Part shown: in pieces, positions 28,628 through 38,976 of the stretch
Layout: each line of letters opens with the position of its first letter
Numbering within the stretch: position 1 is the stretch's first letter
Assembly: GCA_963790205.1 (NCBI GenBank)
Contig: CAWBNQ010000005.1
Coordinates: forward strand, 416,001-480,000
DNA: 64,000 nucleotides
Direction of reading: 5' to 3'
From: Nitrospirota bacterium
GTDB taxonomy: Bacteria; Nitrospirota; UBA9217
Program-made: the position numbers and the translations under genes
The notes under the pieces: generated by a model
The model's database searches: none
The model's input: the letters and a program-made list of their open reading frames with translations, nothing else
What the model was told of the DNA's origin: nothing

Positions 28628-29986
28628 TCACCGGCACTTGCTCTCGTGTCCGGCATCCTGCCCCGGTATCACGGGCTCAGCCGATTCCGTCGTTTTCTCA
28701 TGGCCGGGCCGTTTCAGTTCCTTGTCCAGATTAAAGAGCCTGCGCGCGACGGCAATGGTATTGTCTCCCGTCTCCGGCGTAGAGGCCGCCTGCTTCAGAA
28801 CCACGAGGGGCGCGTGGAGCAGCTTGTTCACGATGGCCTGGGACATGGCCTCAACGGCCCGCTTCTGGTCCTCGGATATGCCGGTCAACGAGCCAAGGGC
28901 CTTGTCCAGTTCGCGCTTCCGCACGTCCTCCACTTTTTCACGAAGGTCAACGATGGTCGGAACGGCGTCAAGGGCGCGCTCCCACTGGAGGTAGGTTTCC
29001 ACCTCCAGGGTCACAAGTTCTTCCGCCCTCGCGGCTTCCTTTGCCCTGCCCTCGGTGTTGACGTCTACCTTGCTCTGGAGGTCGTCGATATCGTAGAGGT
29101 ACACATTGTCTACCTTGTCCACCTCGGGGTCGATGTTCCTCGGGTTCGAGATGTCGATCAGGAAAATGGGTTTGTGACGCCGCTCCTTGAGCGCCCGGCT
29201 GACCATTTCGCGCCTGACGACATAGTTCGGCGCGCCGGTCGCGCAGATCAGGATATCGACCATGACCAGCGAGTCGGGAAAATGCTCGAACCGGATGGCG
29301 TCGCCCTTGAACTCCTTGGCGAGCTCTTCGGCCCGTTCGAAGGTGCGGTTGGCGACCATGATGTTTTTCACGCCGTTTCCCAGGAGGTGCTGGGCGGCCA
29401 GTTCAGCCATCTCTCCGGCGCCCAAAAGCATCACCGTCTTGCCCGCAAGTTCGCCGAAGATCTTCTTAGCCAGCTCCACGGCGGCGGAGCTGATGGAAAC
29501 CGCCCCTTCGGCGAGCCTGGTCTCGGTGCGGACCCGCTTTGCCACGGAGATGGATTTCTTGATCAGTTTATTGAGGATCGTACTGGTGGTCTTGGTCTTG
29601 AGGGCGATATCGAAGGCGTCCTTGAGCTGTCCCAGGATCTGCGCCTCTCCCACGACCATGGAGTCGAGGCTCGAGGCCACCCGGAAGGTGTGGCGCACGC
29701 CCAGCGCGTCGGGGTAGACATAGAGAGACTGCTCCAGTGCTTCGCGCGAGAGACCGTGGTAATCGGAGATGAACTGTTTGATCCGGTCGATGCCCTTGGC
29801 GCTGTCCTGCACCGAAGCGTATATCTCCACACGGTTGCACGTGGACATGATAAGGCTTTCCCGGACCCCCTCATAGGTCATGAGCTTCCTGAGCGCGTCG
29901 GTGAGCGTGTTCTCAGGAAAGTTGAGCTTCTCGCGCACCTCGATCGGCGCTGTTTTATGACTGAGACCGACTACGACAATTCCCAT
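28628..29986 (-). CDS. hemA: Glutamyl-tRNA reductase
   Basis: HKTAPIEVRE, STCNRVEIY, SLDSMVVGEAQILGQ, GAGEM, DISNPRNI. Confidence 0.99.
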   Translation of the reverse strand: MGIVVVGLSHKTAPIEVREKLNFPENTLTDALRKLMTYEGVRESLIMSTCNRVEIYASVQDSAKGIDRIKQFISDYHGLSREALEQSLYVYPDALGVRHTFRVASSLDSMVVGEAQILGQLKDAFDIALKTKTTSTILNKLIKKSISVAKRVRTETRLAEGAVSISSAAVELAKKIFGELAGKTVMLLGAGEMAELAAQHLLGNGVKNIMVANRTFERAEELAKEFKGDAIRFEHFPDSLVMVDILICATGAPNYVVRREMVSRALKERRHKPIFLIDISNPRNIDPEVDKVDNVYLYDIDDLQSKVDVNTEGRAKEAARAEELVTLEVETYLQWERALDAVPTIVDLREKVEDVRKRELDKALGSLTGISEDQKRAVEAMSQAIVNKLLHAPLVVLKQAASTPETGDNTIAVARRLFNLDKELKRPGHEKTTESAEPVIPGQDAGHESKCR

Positions 29987-29998
29987 GCCAATATCACC

Positions 29999-30812
29999 CT
30001 AAAACGTATGCTTCCCGACATTCACGCGGCTGACGACGAAAAAGCTGACCAGAACGAACACGAACCCCAGGATCGAGAGTAAGGCCATCTTCCGTCCCCG
30101 CCACCCGATCGTCCGGAGGTGCAGGAGAACCAGATAGATCGCCCAGGTAATGAGCGACCAGGTCTCCTTCGGGTCCCAACTCCAGTACGTGCCCCAGGCG
30201 CTGTTCGCCCAGATCGAGCCGGTAAGCATACCGATGGTGAAAGGGGCCAGCCGAAGGTCAGCGCCTTGTACCCCAGGGTGTCCATGATGTCGAGCGACGG
30301 CAGACGGTGGAAAATGGCCCCCAAGCGCCTGGCTTTGAGCTGGCGCTCTTGGAGCAGGTACATGATCGAAACGATAAAGGCGAAGGCAAAAGCCGCGTCC
30401 CCCAGCACCGCGAAGCTCGTATGTACGCCGAGCCACCCGCTCCTGAGCACAGGGTTGAGCTCCTTGATATCTTGCCGGTGACGATGAATGCGGGTACCAT
30501 GAGGACGATGACGAGGGGAAGCATGAACGATCCGAGCGCTGCAATCCTGAACCGGTATTCCATGATCAGGAACACGAGCATGATGCCAAGGCCGAGAAAG
30601 TTGGCGGCTTCGAAGAAATTCGTCGCCGGGATGCGGCCGGACTCCACCCACCGGAACGAAAAATAAGCGAGATGGATGATGAAGCCCGCGAAGGCGGCCC
30701 AGAAAGAAAACGCGGCAACCCGCTTCTTTTCCGGCTTGATAAGATAGGTGACATACCCGGCGGCAGAGAGGAGATAGACTCCCATCGCGGCCTTAAAAAA
30801 AAGAATGTTCAT
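29999..30812 (-). CDS. ccsA: Cytochrome c biogenesis protein CcsA/ResC, split by two single-base deletions (about 30470 and 30240)
   Basis: Three consecutive frames join to a full protein: MNILFFK...VTGK / DIKELNPVLRSGWLGVH...FGWPL / FTIGMLTGSIWANSAWGTYWSWDPKETWS. Confidence 0.9.
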
Positions 30813-31022
30813 TAAGCAATTCCTTGGTAATGGTTTGATGTATAAGGCTTTTCATAATACTTTTTAACCGCAGTCAAAGTCAAGGGAAAATTCAATTTTA
30901 ATGTGGAGAACGCGGAGTGCACAGAGGTAAGACGCTAAAAATAAAAGCTTTTCCCTGCGATCTCCGCATCCAGATCTCGTGAAAGTTTGTTTCTTACGGG
31001 TTCTTCGAGAGAGGGCTCGAAA

Positions 31023-31706
31023 TCATCTCTCCTGGTGAAGTTTGCCGTCTGCCATCCTGAGAACCCGGTCAGCGCGTATGGCAAGCCTGTCGTTGTGCGT
31101 CACGATCACGAACGTAATGCCGCGCTCCCTGTTGATCTTCTGCAAGAGTTCGTGGACCGCCTCTCCCGTATGGGTATCGAGGTTACCGGTGGGCTCATCC
31201 GCCAGGACGGCATCCGGGCTCAGCACGAGCGCCCGGGCCACGGCGACCCGCTGCTGCTCGCCGCCCGAAAGCTCGCCCGGCCGGTGATGGACCCTGCCTC
31301 CGAGCCCCACGTCGGCCAGGACCTTCGACGCGTTTTCGGCGGCGGCCACGCGCTCGGTACCCCGGATCAGCGCCGGCAGCATCACGTTCTCGAGAGCGGA
31401 AAACTCCGGCAGCAGGTGGTGGAACTGGAACACAAAACCGACGTGCTCGTTGCGGAACCGGGCAAGACGGTCGCTGTCCAGACCGAAGACGTCTACGTCC
31501 CTGTAAAAAACCCTGCCGGACGTGGGGCGGTCGAGCCCTCCCAGAATGTGGAGCAAGGTGCTTTTGCCCGCGCCCGACGCCCCCACGATGGCCAGCATCT
31601 CGCCCGTGCGGATATCGAGATCGATATCGTTCAGCACGTGGAGCGCAACAGGGCCGCTCATGAAGGTCTTATGGAGCTGCTCAATATGGATAAGGGGCTG
31701 TGTTAT
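31023..31706 (-). CDS. lolD: Lipoprotein-releasing ABC transporter ATP-binding protein (apparent ATA start at 31706; first ATG at 31661)
   Basis: GASGAGKSTLL, GFVFQFHHLLPEFSALENV, LSGGEQQRVAVARAL, DEPTGNLD. Confidence 0.93.
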   Translation of the reverse strand: MTQPLIHIEQLHKTFMSGPVALHVLNDIDLDIRTGEMLAIVGASGAGKSTLLHILGGLDRPTSGRVFYRDVDVFGLDSDRLARFRNEHVGFVFQFHHLLPEFSALENVMLPALIRGTERVAAAENASKVLADVGLGGRVHHRPGELSGGEQQRVAVARALVLSPDAVLADEPTGNLDTHTGEAVHELLQKINRERGITFVIVTHNDRLAIRADRVLRMADGKLHQER

Positions 31707-31954
31707 TTTTTTTCTCCTGTTTTCTCTCCCGGTTTGACGGTTTCGATGACCTTTTCAACGGCCTTGCCGGTATTGGAAGCCTTCTCTTCCATCTTCTGTT
31801 TGACGGTCTCCGCATCGTTCCCGACCCCGCTCATCCATTTGCCTGCGGACCTGAGCAGGTTCCCGCCGCCAAGGAGAATGAAAACGACGACAAGCAGTGC
31901 AGCAAATATCAGCGTCAGAATAAATCTTTTTAATGTTCCGCTCTTCTGTGCCAT
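31703..31954 (-). CDS. Small single-TM hypothetical protein
   Basis: GAGGGAGG RBS, N-terminal hydrophobic helix, charged tail; between lolE and lolD. Confidence 0.75.
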   Translation of the reverse strand: MAQKSGTLKRFILTLIFAALLVVVFILLGGGNLLRSAGKWMSGVGNDAETVKQKMEEKASNTGKAVEKVIETVKPGEKTGEKK

Positions 31955-32006
31955 GGGATCCTCCCTCAGTAAATAAAGATTAGAGATTTGAAATTCGAAT
32001 CTGCCG

Positions 32007-33242
32007 TTATTCGTATCTCAACACTTCCACCGGGTCCTGCTTTGCCGCCTGCCAGGACGGATACAGCGTGGCGAGGAAGCTGATCCCCAGCGCCGTCACG
32101 CAGATAAAAAGGATATCAAGGCCGGTGATCGACAGCGGCAAATGGCTCACCTGGTACACGTCCTTCGGCAGGGAGATCACCCCCGTCCGGGTAATGACAG
32201 CGACGGCCCCGTAGCCGATCAAGGCGCCGAGCGCCGTCCCTACGGACCCGATCACGAGCCCCGCGAACATGAAGATGCGCATGATGCTCCGGGAAGCCGC
32301 GCCCATCGACTTGAGGATGGCTATCTCGCGGTTTTTTTCCATAACGATCATCGTGAGCGTGCCGACGATATTGAAGGACGCAACGATGATGATGACGACC
32401 AGGATGAGGGACATGCCGATCTTTTCGAGCTTAAGCGCTGAAAAGAAATTCTTGTTCATCTCTATCCAGTTTCTCGTATAATAGGGATAACCGATGACCG
32501 AACGGATTTCATCCGCTATCCTGTCGGCATGATAGATCTCGTCCACCCGCCCTTCGATGCCGCTCACCCGGCCGGGCATATCGAAGAACTTCTGGGCCTC
32601 AGGCAGCGAAATGTAAGCGAAACCCGTGTTGTAGTCGTACATGCCGGCGTCGAAGATGCCGACCAGCTCGAACTTTCTCATCTTCGGGACCATGCCGATG
32701 GCCGTTTCTTCGCCGATAGGATTTACCATCGTGATCGTATCGCCGAGCTCGGCGCCGAACTTGCGCGCGAGGTCCACGCCGATTACGATTCCCGGCAGCT
32801 TTCTTCCCGGCGCCTCGAGCTCGCGGATCGATCCCTCGATGGTGTTCTTCTCCAGACTCGTTACCTTGCCTTCGGCCACGGGGTCGATCCCCCGGACCAC
32901 AACGCCCTGCACGCGGTCCCTGCTCGTGAGCATGGCCTGGTTGATGGTGAACGGCGTCGTGGCGACCACATGGGGGACCCGGTCGATCTTTGCCTGCAGC
33001 GCCTTTTCGTCCTTGACGCCGACGCCGCTGTACTCCATGACGACAATATGCGGTATGGCGGAGAGGATCTTGTCACGGAAGTAGCCCTGGAACCCGGTCA
33101 TGACCGAAAGCGTGATGATGGAGGTGGCCACGCCGATGAGGACGCCGGCGATGGAGATAAAGGTGTTGAGCGATACGGTGCCATATCGTCTTTTGGTCTT
33201 CAAATAGCGAAGGCTGATGAATATTTCGTAGGGGATTTTCAT
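32007..33242 (-). CDS. lolE: Lipoprotein-releasing ABC transporter permease (LolC/E)
   Basis: ISLRYL...SVMTGF...EIAILKSMGA...ATLYPSWQAA...DPVEVLRYE. Confidence 0.93.
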   Translation of the reverse strand: MKIPYEIFISLRYLKTKRRYGTVSLNTFISIAGVLIGVATSIITLSVMTGFQGYFRDKILSAIPHIVVMEYSGVGVKDEKALQAKIDRVPHVVATTPFTINQAMLTSRDRVQGVVVRGIDPVAEGKVTSLEKNTIEGSIRELEAPGRKLPGIVIGVDLARKFGAELGDTITMVNPIGEETAIGMVPKMRKFELVGIFDAGMYDYNTGFAYISLPEAQKFFDMPGRVSGIEGRVDEIYHADRIADEIRSVIGYPYYTRNWIEMNKNFFSALKLEKIGMSLILVVIIIVASFNIVGTLTMIVMEKNREIAILKSMGAASRSIMRIFMFAGLVIGSVGTALGALIGYGAVAVITRTGVISLPKDVYQVSHLPLSITGLDILFICVTALGISFLATLYPSWQAAKQDPVEVLRYE

Positions 33243-33256
33243 ATCATGGTAAACGG

Positions 33257-33350
33257 TAGACAGCAGGCTGTAGACAGGGGGGGGAGAAGCGAAAAAGGCG
33301 AAAGATTCTTTCTCTTTCCCCGACTGCTGTATGCTGTCTACTGGCTGCTG
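33257..33350. repeat. Imperfect heptamer-type intergenic palindrome
   Basis: TAGACAGCAGGCTGTAGACAG ... CTGCTGTATGCTGTCTA between lysS and lolE. Confidence 0.5.
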
Positions 33351-33354
33351 GTTA

Positions 33355-34833
33355 TTACTTCTCCTTCTTCATCTGCGGGAACAGGATCACATCGCGGATA
33401 GAACTCGATCCGGTGAGAAGCATCACGAGCCGGTCGATGCCGATCCCCTCGCCAGCCGCAGGCGGCATGCCGTACTCGAGCGCGCGTATGAAGTCTTCGT
33501 CCATCTGGTGCGCTTCTTCATCGCCGGCTTCGCGCTCCGTGACCTGCTTAAGAAAGCGATCCTTCTGGTCGACCGGGTCGTTCAGCTCAGAGAAGGCGTT
33601 TGCAAGCTCCCTGCCCGCGACGAACAGCTCGAAGCGCTCTACGTAATCGGGGTTATCATCACGCTTTTTCGATAGCGGCGAGATGTCCGTCGGGTAGTCG
33701 ATGATGAACGTGGGTTGGACCAGCTTCGTCTCGACGACGGCCTCGAAGATCTCGTTCAGGAGTTTCCCGAGGGGTTCGCCGCCCTTCAAGCCCGACCCCA
33801 GTTTGCCGGCGTATTCCCGTGCTTTTTCGGCGTTCGTGAGGACTTCCTCGGGCACGCCTGCTGCCCGCAGAGAGTCGATGTAGGTGATCCTCTTCCACGG
33901 CGGGGCGAGATTTATCGTATGCCCCTCGTAGGTCACTTCCGTCGCACCCAGGACTTCCCCGGCCACGGTGCTGATCATCTGCTCTGTCATGTTCATGAGG
34001 TCCCGGTAGTCCGCATAGGCCGTATAGAATTCGAGCATGGTGAACTCAGGGTTATGCCGAGTGGAGATACCTTCGTTCCTGAAATTCCGGTTGATCTCAT
34101 ACACCCGCTCAAAACCGCCGACCAGAAGGCGCTTAAGGTAGAGCTCCGGCGCGATGCGGAGGTAGAGGTCCATGTCGAGGGCGTTGTGATGGGTCGTGAA
34201 CGGCTTGGCCGTGGCCCCGCCCGGGATGGTCTGCATCATCGGGGTCTCGACCTCGAGGTAGCCGCGGGCATTCAGAAAGCTGCGGATGGCCTGTACGATC
34301 TTCGTGCGCAGCATGAAGACGTTCTTGACTTCTGGATTAACGATCAGGTCCACGTACCGCTGGCGGTAGCGAAGCTCGACATCGGTAAGACCGTGCCATT
34401 TTTCCGGCAGAGGACGGAGCGATTTCGAAAGGAGCGTAAAGTCCTCGACCTCGATCGTCAGTTCGTTCGTCCTGGTGCGGAACAGGAAGCCCTTGACGCC
34501 GATGAAATCTCCGATATCGATCTTCTTGAAAAGCGCGTACCGGTCATCTCCAAGCGTGTTCTTCTGAAAATAGAGCTGGGTCCTTCCCGAGCCGTCCTGA
34601 ATGTGGCTGAAACAGGCCTTTCCGAAGCTCCGCATGGCCACGATCCGTCCCGCGACAGTGACTTCGACCCGCTTTTTTTCAAGATCCTCCTTGCTCGCGT
34701 TCCCGTACTGATCGATCAGGCCCTGCGCCGATGCCGACACCTCGAACCTGCCGGCGTAGGGCTTTATGCCCATCGCGCTGATCTCAGCGAGCTTTTTGAA
34801 CCGCTGCTGGATCAGCTCGTTGTAATCGTCCAT
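33355..34833 (-). CDS. lysS: Lysine--tRNA ligase (class II)
   Basis: RYRQRYVDL, YLRIAPELYLKRL, FRNEGISTRHNPEF, GIGIDRL. Confidence 0.99.
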   Translation of the reverse strand: MDDYNELIQQRFKKLAEISAMGIKPYAGRFEVSASAQGLIDQYGNASKEDLEKKRVEVTVAGRIVAMRSFGKACFSHIQDGSGRTQLYFQKNTLGDDRYALFKKIDIGDFIGVKGFLFRTRTNELTIEVEDFTLLSKSLRPLPEKWHGLTDVELRYRQRYVDLIVNPEVKNVFMLRTKIVQAIRSFLNARGYLEVETPMMQTIPGGATAKPFTTHHNALDMDLYLRIAPELYLKRLLVGGFERVYEINRNFRNEGISTRHNPEFTMLEFYTAYADYRDLMNMTEQMISTVAGEVLGATEVTYEGHTINLAPPWKRITYIDSLRAAGVPEEVLTNAEKAREYAGKLGSGLKGGEPLGKLLNEIFEAVVETKLVQPTFIIDYPTDISPLSKKRDDNPDYVERFELFVAGRELANAFSELNDPVDQKDRFLKQVTEREAGDEEAHQMDEDFIRALEYGMPPAAGEGIGIDRLVMLLTGSSSIRDVILFPQMKKEK

Positions 34834-34955
34834 GAATGTCCCCTTTACTTCGTTGACCGGATTGAAGGAATTGTCAGTGCAACCGATGACGAACGCGTGT
34901 CCTCATCGAACCAGAAACATCTTGAAAATTATGGCGTGAAACAGAACCAAGGCGG

Positions 34956-34985
34956 ATTATACTGATTAGGCATGAGACCTGTCAA
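34956..34985 (-). promoter_or_regulatory. Sigma70 promoter for lysS-lolE-lolD
   Basis: Perfect TTGACA-N18-TATAAT on minus strand. Confidence 0.7.
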
Positions 34986-34995
34986 GAATAAACGG

Positions 34996-35880
34996 TCAAC
35001 CCGCCAGCAGGCCAAGCACTTCCAGATATTTCTCGCTCGTTTTTTTCACCACGTCATCAGGCAGCACCGGGGCGGGCGGTTTCTGGTCCCAGGAAAGAGA
35101 GAGGAGATAGTCCCGGACGAACTGCTTGTCAAAGCTCTTTTGCGCGACTCCCACCGTATATCCGCTCATGGGCCAGAACCGGGAAGAATCCGGCGTAAGC
35201 ACTTCGTCGATCAGGATGACTTCGCCGTTGTATATTCCGAATTCGAGCTTGGTGTCGGCGATGATGATGCCCTTCGGTTCGGCGATCGCGCACGCTTTTT
35301 TGTAAACAGCGAGCGTAGAGGCCTTTATTGTGTCCGCGGTATCCTTGCCCACGAGTTTGACGACAGTGTCGAAATCGATGTTCACGTCATGTTCTCCGAC
35401 CTCCTCCTTGGTAGAGGGAGTGAAAATCGGTTCAGGCAGACGGGACGCTTCGGTCAGCCCTGCCGGAAGTTTAATGCCGCTTACCGATCCGGTCGAGCGA
35501 TACTCCTTCAGTCCTGAACCGGAGAGATAGCCGCGGACAATACACTCCACGGGGAGCGGCTGCGACTTCCTGACGAGCATGCTCCTGCCTTCGAGGAGCA
35601 CGGCGTGAGGCCTGCATGCGGCCGGGAAATCCTTCACGTCCGTCGAGATCAGATGGTTCTTCACGATGCTTTCGGTCTGCAAAAACCAGAACTTCGATAT
35701 CTGGGTAAGGACCCTGCCCTTTTCCGGGACCGCGTTCGGGAGCACCACGTCGAAAGCGGAGATCCTGTCCGTGGCCACGATCAGGAGCGTATCGCCGAGG
35801 TCATAGATATCGCGTACTTTGCCCCGTTTCGGCGGTTTTAATCCTGCAAGGTTCGTCTCAAGCACCAGCGATGTTTTCAT
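34996..35880 (-). CDS. purC: SAICAR synthetase
   Basis: [47 protein letters not shown]. Confidence 0.98.
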   Translation of the reverse strand: MKTSLVLETNLAGLKPPKRGKVRDIYDLGDTLLIVATDRISAFDVVLPNAVPEKGRVLTQISKFWFLQTESIVKNHLISTDVKDFPAACRPHAVLLEGRSMLVRKSQPLPVECIVRGYLSGSGLKEYRSTGSVSGIKLPAGLTEASRLPEPIFTPSTKEEVGEHDVNIDFDTVVKLVGKDTADTIKASTLAVYKKACAIAEPKGIIIADTKLEFGIYNGEVILIDEVLTPDSSRFWPMSGYTVGVAQKSFDKQFVRDYLLSLSWDQKPPAPVLPDDVVKKTSEKYLEVLGLLAG

Positions 35881-37207
35881 CTTCTCCTCTTTCCAGATCT
35901 TCCTGCGCATGATTCTCCGGCGACAGTTTCAGGATCCTGACGCGGGCAATGCGGTTTTTCCTCAGCCGAAGCACGGTAAACATAAGGTCGGTATAGCGTA
36001 TCTGGTCGCCTTCCGCGGGAAGTCTCCCGAAAAGACCGAGCACAAAACCGCCGACGGTCTCGAATTCGTCCTCGGGAAGTTTCACGCCGAGACGCTCATT
36101 CACCTTCCCGATATCCGTCTTGCCGTCCACAATGTATCGGTTCGCCGCGATCTCTTCGATCTCGCGGAGCACCTTTTCCTGCTCGTCCCGGATGTCACCG
36201 ACGATCTCTTCGATAAGATCCTCCATGGTAACGAGCCCGTCGGTGCCGCCGTATTCGTCCATGACGAGCGCCAGATGAACGCGCTTTTCCCGCATCTCTT
36301 TGAGCAGTACGCTCACGTTCTTGTTCGGCGGAACGATGTAAGGTTTGCGGAGCACGCTGTCAAGCTTGAACGGCTTGTCTGCGATGTGGAGCGGCAGGAT
36401 GTCTTTAAGATATACCATGCCGATAATATTGTCGATGGTTCCCGAATACACCGGCAGGCGCGAGAACCCTTTCTTATTCATAATACGAAGAATCTCATCG
36501 AGACTGGTCGTCATTTCGACCGCTATGATATCGGTCCGGGGGATCATCACCTCCTTCACAACCGTGTCCGTAAACCGGAAAACGCTGTGAATCAAATCCT
36601 CTTCAGACGGCTCGAATACGCCGCGTTTGCGCCCCTCACGAATGAGGTATTTGACCTCGTCTTCGGAGATAAAGCCCGACTCCTGCGCTTTTCCCAGATT
36701 AAACAATCGCAGCACGGCATTACTGGAGACATTGAGAATCCTGAGCACCAGAAAAAGCAGCCTTGACAGCACTTCGACCGGCGCCGAAGTAAAAAAGGCA
36801 ATCTTTTCAGAATGCCTGATGGCAAGTGATTTTGGGACCAGTTCTCCGATCACGATAGTAACGTAGGTAATTCCGCCGACCATCAAAGTCAGAGCTAGCG
36901 GTTCTGCCGCCTTTTGAATAAAAGCTACGGGAATCGAAGCAAGAATCGGCATGAGGTATTTTACGGCAATGACACCGCCGATGGCGGCTGCAAGCGTGCT
37001 GACCAAGGTCACCCCGATTTGCACCGTGCTGAGGAATCGTTCGGGTTCCTCCTGCAGTTTCTGTACTCTCTTTGCGACAGCGCTCCCGCTCTTCACGAGG
37101 TGCCGAACTCTGCTCTTTCGCAGAGAGATAAGCGACAACTCGGAAGCAGCAAAAAAACCGTTCACGATGATAAGGAGAAAGATAAGGAGAATATCAGGTA
37201 GTAGCAT
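35858..37207 (-). CDS. Hemolysin/CNNM (CorB/TlyC) family protein: DUF21 + CBS pair + CorC domain
   Basis: [53 protein letters not shown]. Confidence 0.93.
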   Translation of the reverse strand: MLLPDILLIFLLIIVNGFFAASELSLISLRKSRVRHLVKSGSAVAKRVQKLQEEPERFLSTVQIGVTLVSTLAAAIGGVIAVKYLMPILASIPVAFIQKAAEPLALTLMVGGITYVTIVIGELVPKSLAIRHSEKIAFFTSAPVEVLSRLLFLVLRILNVSSNAVLRLFNLGKAQESGFISEDEVKYLIREGRKRGVFEPSEEDLIHSVFRFTDTVVKEVMIPRTDIIAVEMTTSLDEILRIMNKKGFSRLPVYSGTIDNIIGMVYLKDILPLHIADKPFKLDSVLRKPYIVPPNKNVSVLLKEMREKRVHLALVMDEYGGTDGLVTMEDLIEEIVGDIRDEQEKVLREIEEIAANRYIVDGKTDIGKVNERLGVKLPEDEFETVGGFVLGLFGRLPAEGDQIRYTDLMFTVLRLRKNRIARVRILKLSPENHAQEDLERGEDENIAGA

Positions 37208-37439
37208 AGGTGATCATAAATTCCAACGCTCAATTGAAGTTCCCTGCGGCAAATGAAAGTTCATACAGATACCTACAGGAAATTTCGGCTCTCACGGTAA
37301 GAGCATAATGGTATTCGCTCATTCCAGAATTAACACAGCTCAATAAGCTCAAAATTCAAAGTGTAAAAATTAGATTGTCCGTATTCCGTAAAGTGGGATA
37401 TTTATATTTATCCGGAATGCAAGACCCGGGTCATTTTAT

Positions 37440-38909
37440 TTAGAAACCGTATTCTTTCCACCGTGCTTCCACCTTCTGCTGGACATCAGGGTCCATCTTG
37501 ATTTCGTCCGGCCAGGGGCGCGTGAACCCTTCACCCGGCCCTTTGCGCGTCGCGTCGATCCCCATCTTGCCGCCAAACCCGATCTGCGGGCAGGAGTGGT
37601 CGAGGATATCGAGCGGCCCGTCGGCGATCACCACGTCGCGCTGCGGGTCCACATGGTTCATCACTTTCCAGGTCACTTCGGAGTAATCGTGGATGTTCAC
37701 GTCCTCATCACAGACAATGACGAACTTAGACAGCATGAGCATGCCCGTGCCCCAGACCGTGTTGATCACCTTCTTGCCGTGGCCTGGGAAACGCTTTCTG
37801 ATCTTGACAATGACATTGTTATGGAACACGCCTTCGACGGGCATGTCCATATCCAGGATGTCGGGCGCCACCATCTGGAGGAGCGGCAGGAATATCCGTT
37901 CCGTGGCTTTGCCGAGGTAAGCGTCCTCCTGCGGCGGACGGCCAACAAGGGTGGCGGGATAGAGGGCGTCTTTCCGGTGCGTGATCGCCGTGATGTGAAA
38001 TACCGGATACTCCGCCGCTTCCGAATAGTATCCCGTATGGTCTCCGAAAGGCCCCTCCACCCTGCGCTCGCCCGGATCGACGAATCCTTCGAGAACGAAC
38101 TCCGCTTCGGCCGGCACCCGTATGTCTACGGTTTTGCACGGGACAACTTCGAGCGGCTTGTTTCTTAAAAATCCGGCAAAGAGAAACTCGCCGATGGCGG
38201 GCGGAAGAGGCGCCGTCGATGCATAAATGATAGCGGGGTCGCCCCCGATTGCAACAGCCACTTCCATGCGCTTTCCCGCGGCCTCATAATGCTGGTAGTG
38301 GCGCGCTCCGTCCTTGTGCTTGTGCCAGTGCATGCCCGTGGTCTGATGGTCGAAGACCTGCATCCGATACATGCCGACGTTCGTAATTTTCGTTACCGGA
38401 TCGACGCTGCATACCATGGGGAGTGTGATAAACCGTCCGCCGTCCGCAGGCCAGCATTTCAGCACGGGGATTTTGGAAAGGTCGACCTGTTTGCCGGTGA
38501 GCACGACCTCCTGGCAGGGGCCCTTTTTTACGGTCTTGGGGAAATAATTGGCAAGCTCCGCAAGCTTCGGCAGCATCTGGAGTTTGTCCATGATCCCGGC
38601 GCCGGGTCCCGGGAACAGGTTAACCGGATCGACGATTTCCTTGATACGCCTGCCGATCTCATCAAGACTATCTACCTCGAGCGCCAAACAAATGCGCTTC
38701 AGGGAGCCGAAAGCATTGGTCAGGACCGGGAAGACCGAATCTTTCACGCGCTCGAACAAAAGGGCCTTGTTCTCGGCCCCCTTCTGTTTCGAGACCCGGT
38801 CCGTGATCTCTGCAATCTCAAGTTCGGCATCCACTTCCGCCTTGACCCTGATGAGTTCACCCTGCTTTTCCAGAAGAGCGATTAAATCTCTGATATTTTC
38901 ATAGGCCAT
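37440..38909 (-). CDS. ubiD: UbiD-family decarboxylase (menaquinone biosynthesis type)
   Basis: DGGRFITLP, NVGMYRMQ, EGPFGDHTGYY, GRPPQED, GGKMGIDAT. Confidence 0.93.
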   Translation of the reverse strand: MAYENIRDLIALLEKQGELIRVKAEVDAELEIAEITDRVSKQKGAENKALLFERVKDSVFPVLTNAFGSLKRICLALEVDSLDEIGRRIKEIVDPVNLFPGPGAGIMDKLQMLPKLAELANYFPKTVKKGPCQEVVLTGKQVDLSKIPVLKCWPADGGRFITLPMVCSVDPVTKITNVGMYRMQVFDHQTTGMHWHKHKDGARHYQHYEAAGKRMEVAVAIGGDPAIIYASTAPLPPAIGEFLFAGFLRNKPLEVVPCKTVDIRVPAEAEFVLEGFVDPGERRVEGPFGDHTGYYSEAAEYPVFHITAITHRKDALYPATLVGRPPQEDAYLGKATERIFLPLLQMVAPDILDMDMPVEGVFHNNVIVKIRKRFPGHGKKVINTVWGTGMLMLSKFVIVCDEDVNIHDYSEVTWKVMNHVDPQRDVVIADGPLDILDHSCPQIGFGGKMGIDATRKGPGEGFTRPWPDEIKMDPDVQQKVEARWKEYGF

Positions 38910-38976
38910 AAGTTTAAAATTGTAGCGGAATTATGCCGGATTTGCAATGAAAAAACTCGCAGGCGCAGGGACAGGG

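Noticed and set aside
34834..34950. Lysine riboswitch or T-box in lysS leader
   Set aside because: Only about 115 nt with one modest hairpin; no conserved motifs or terminator
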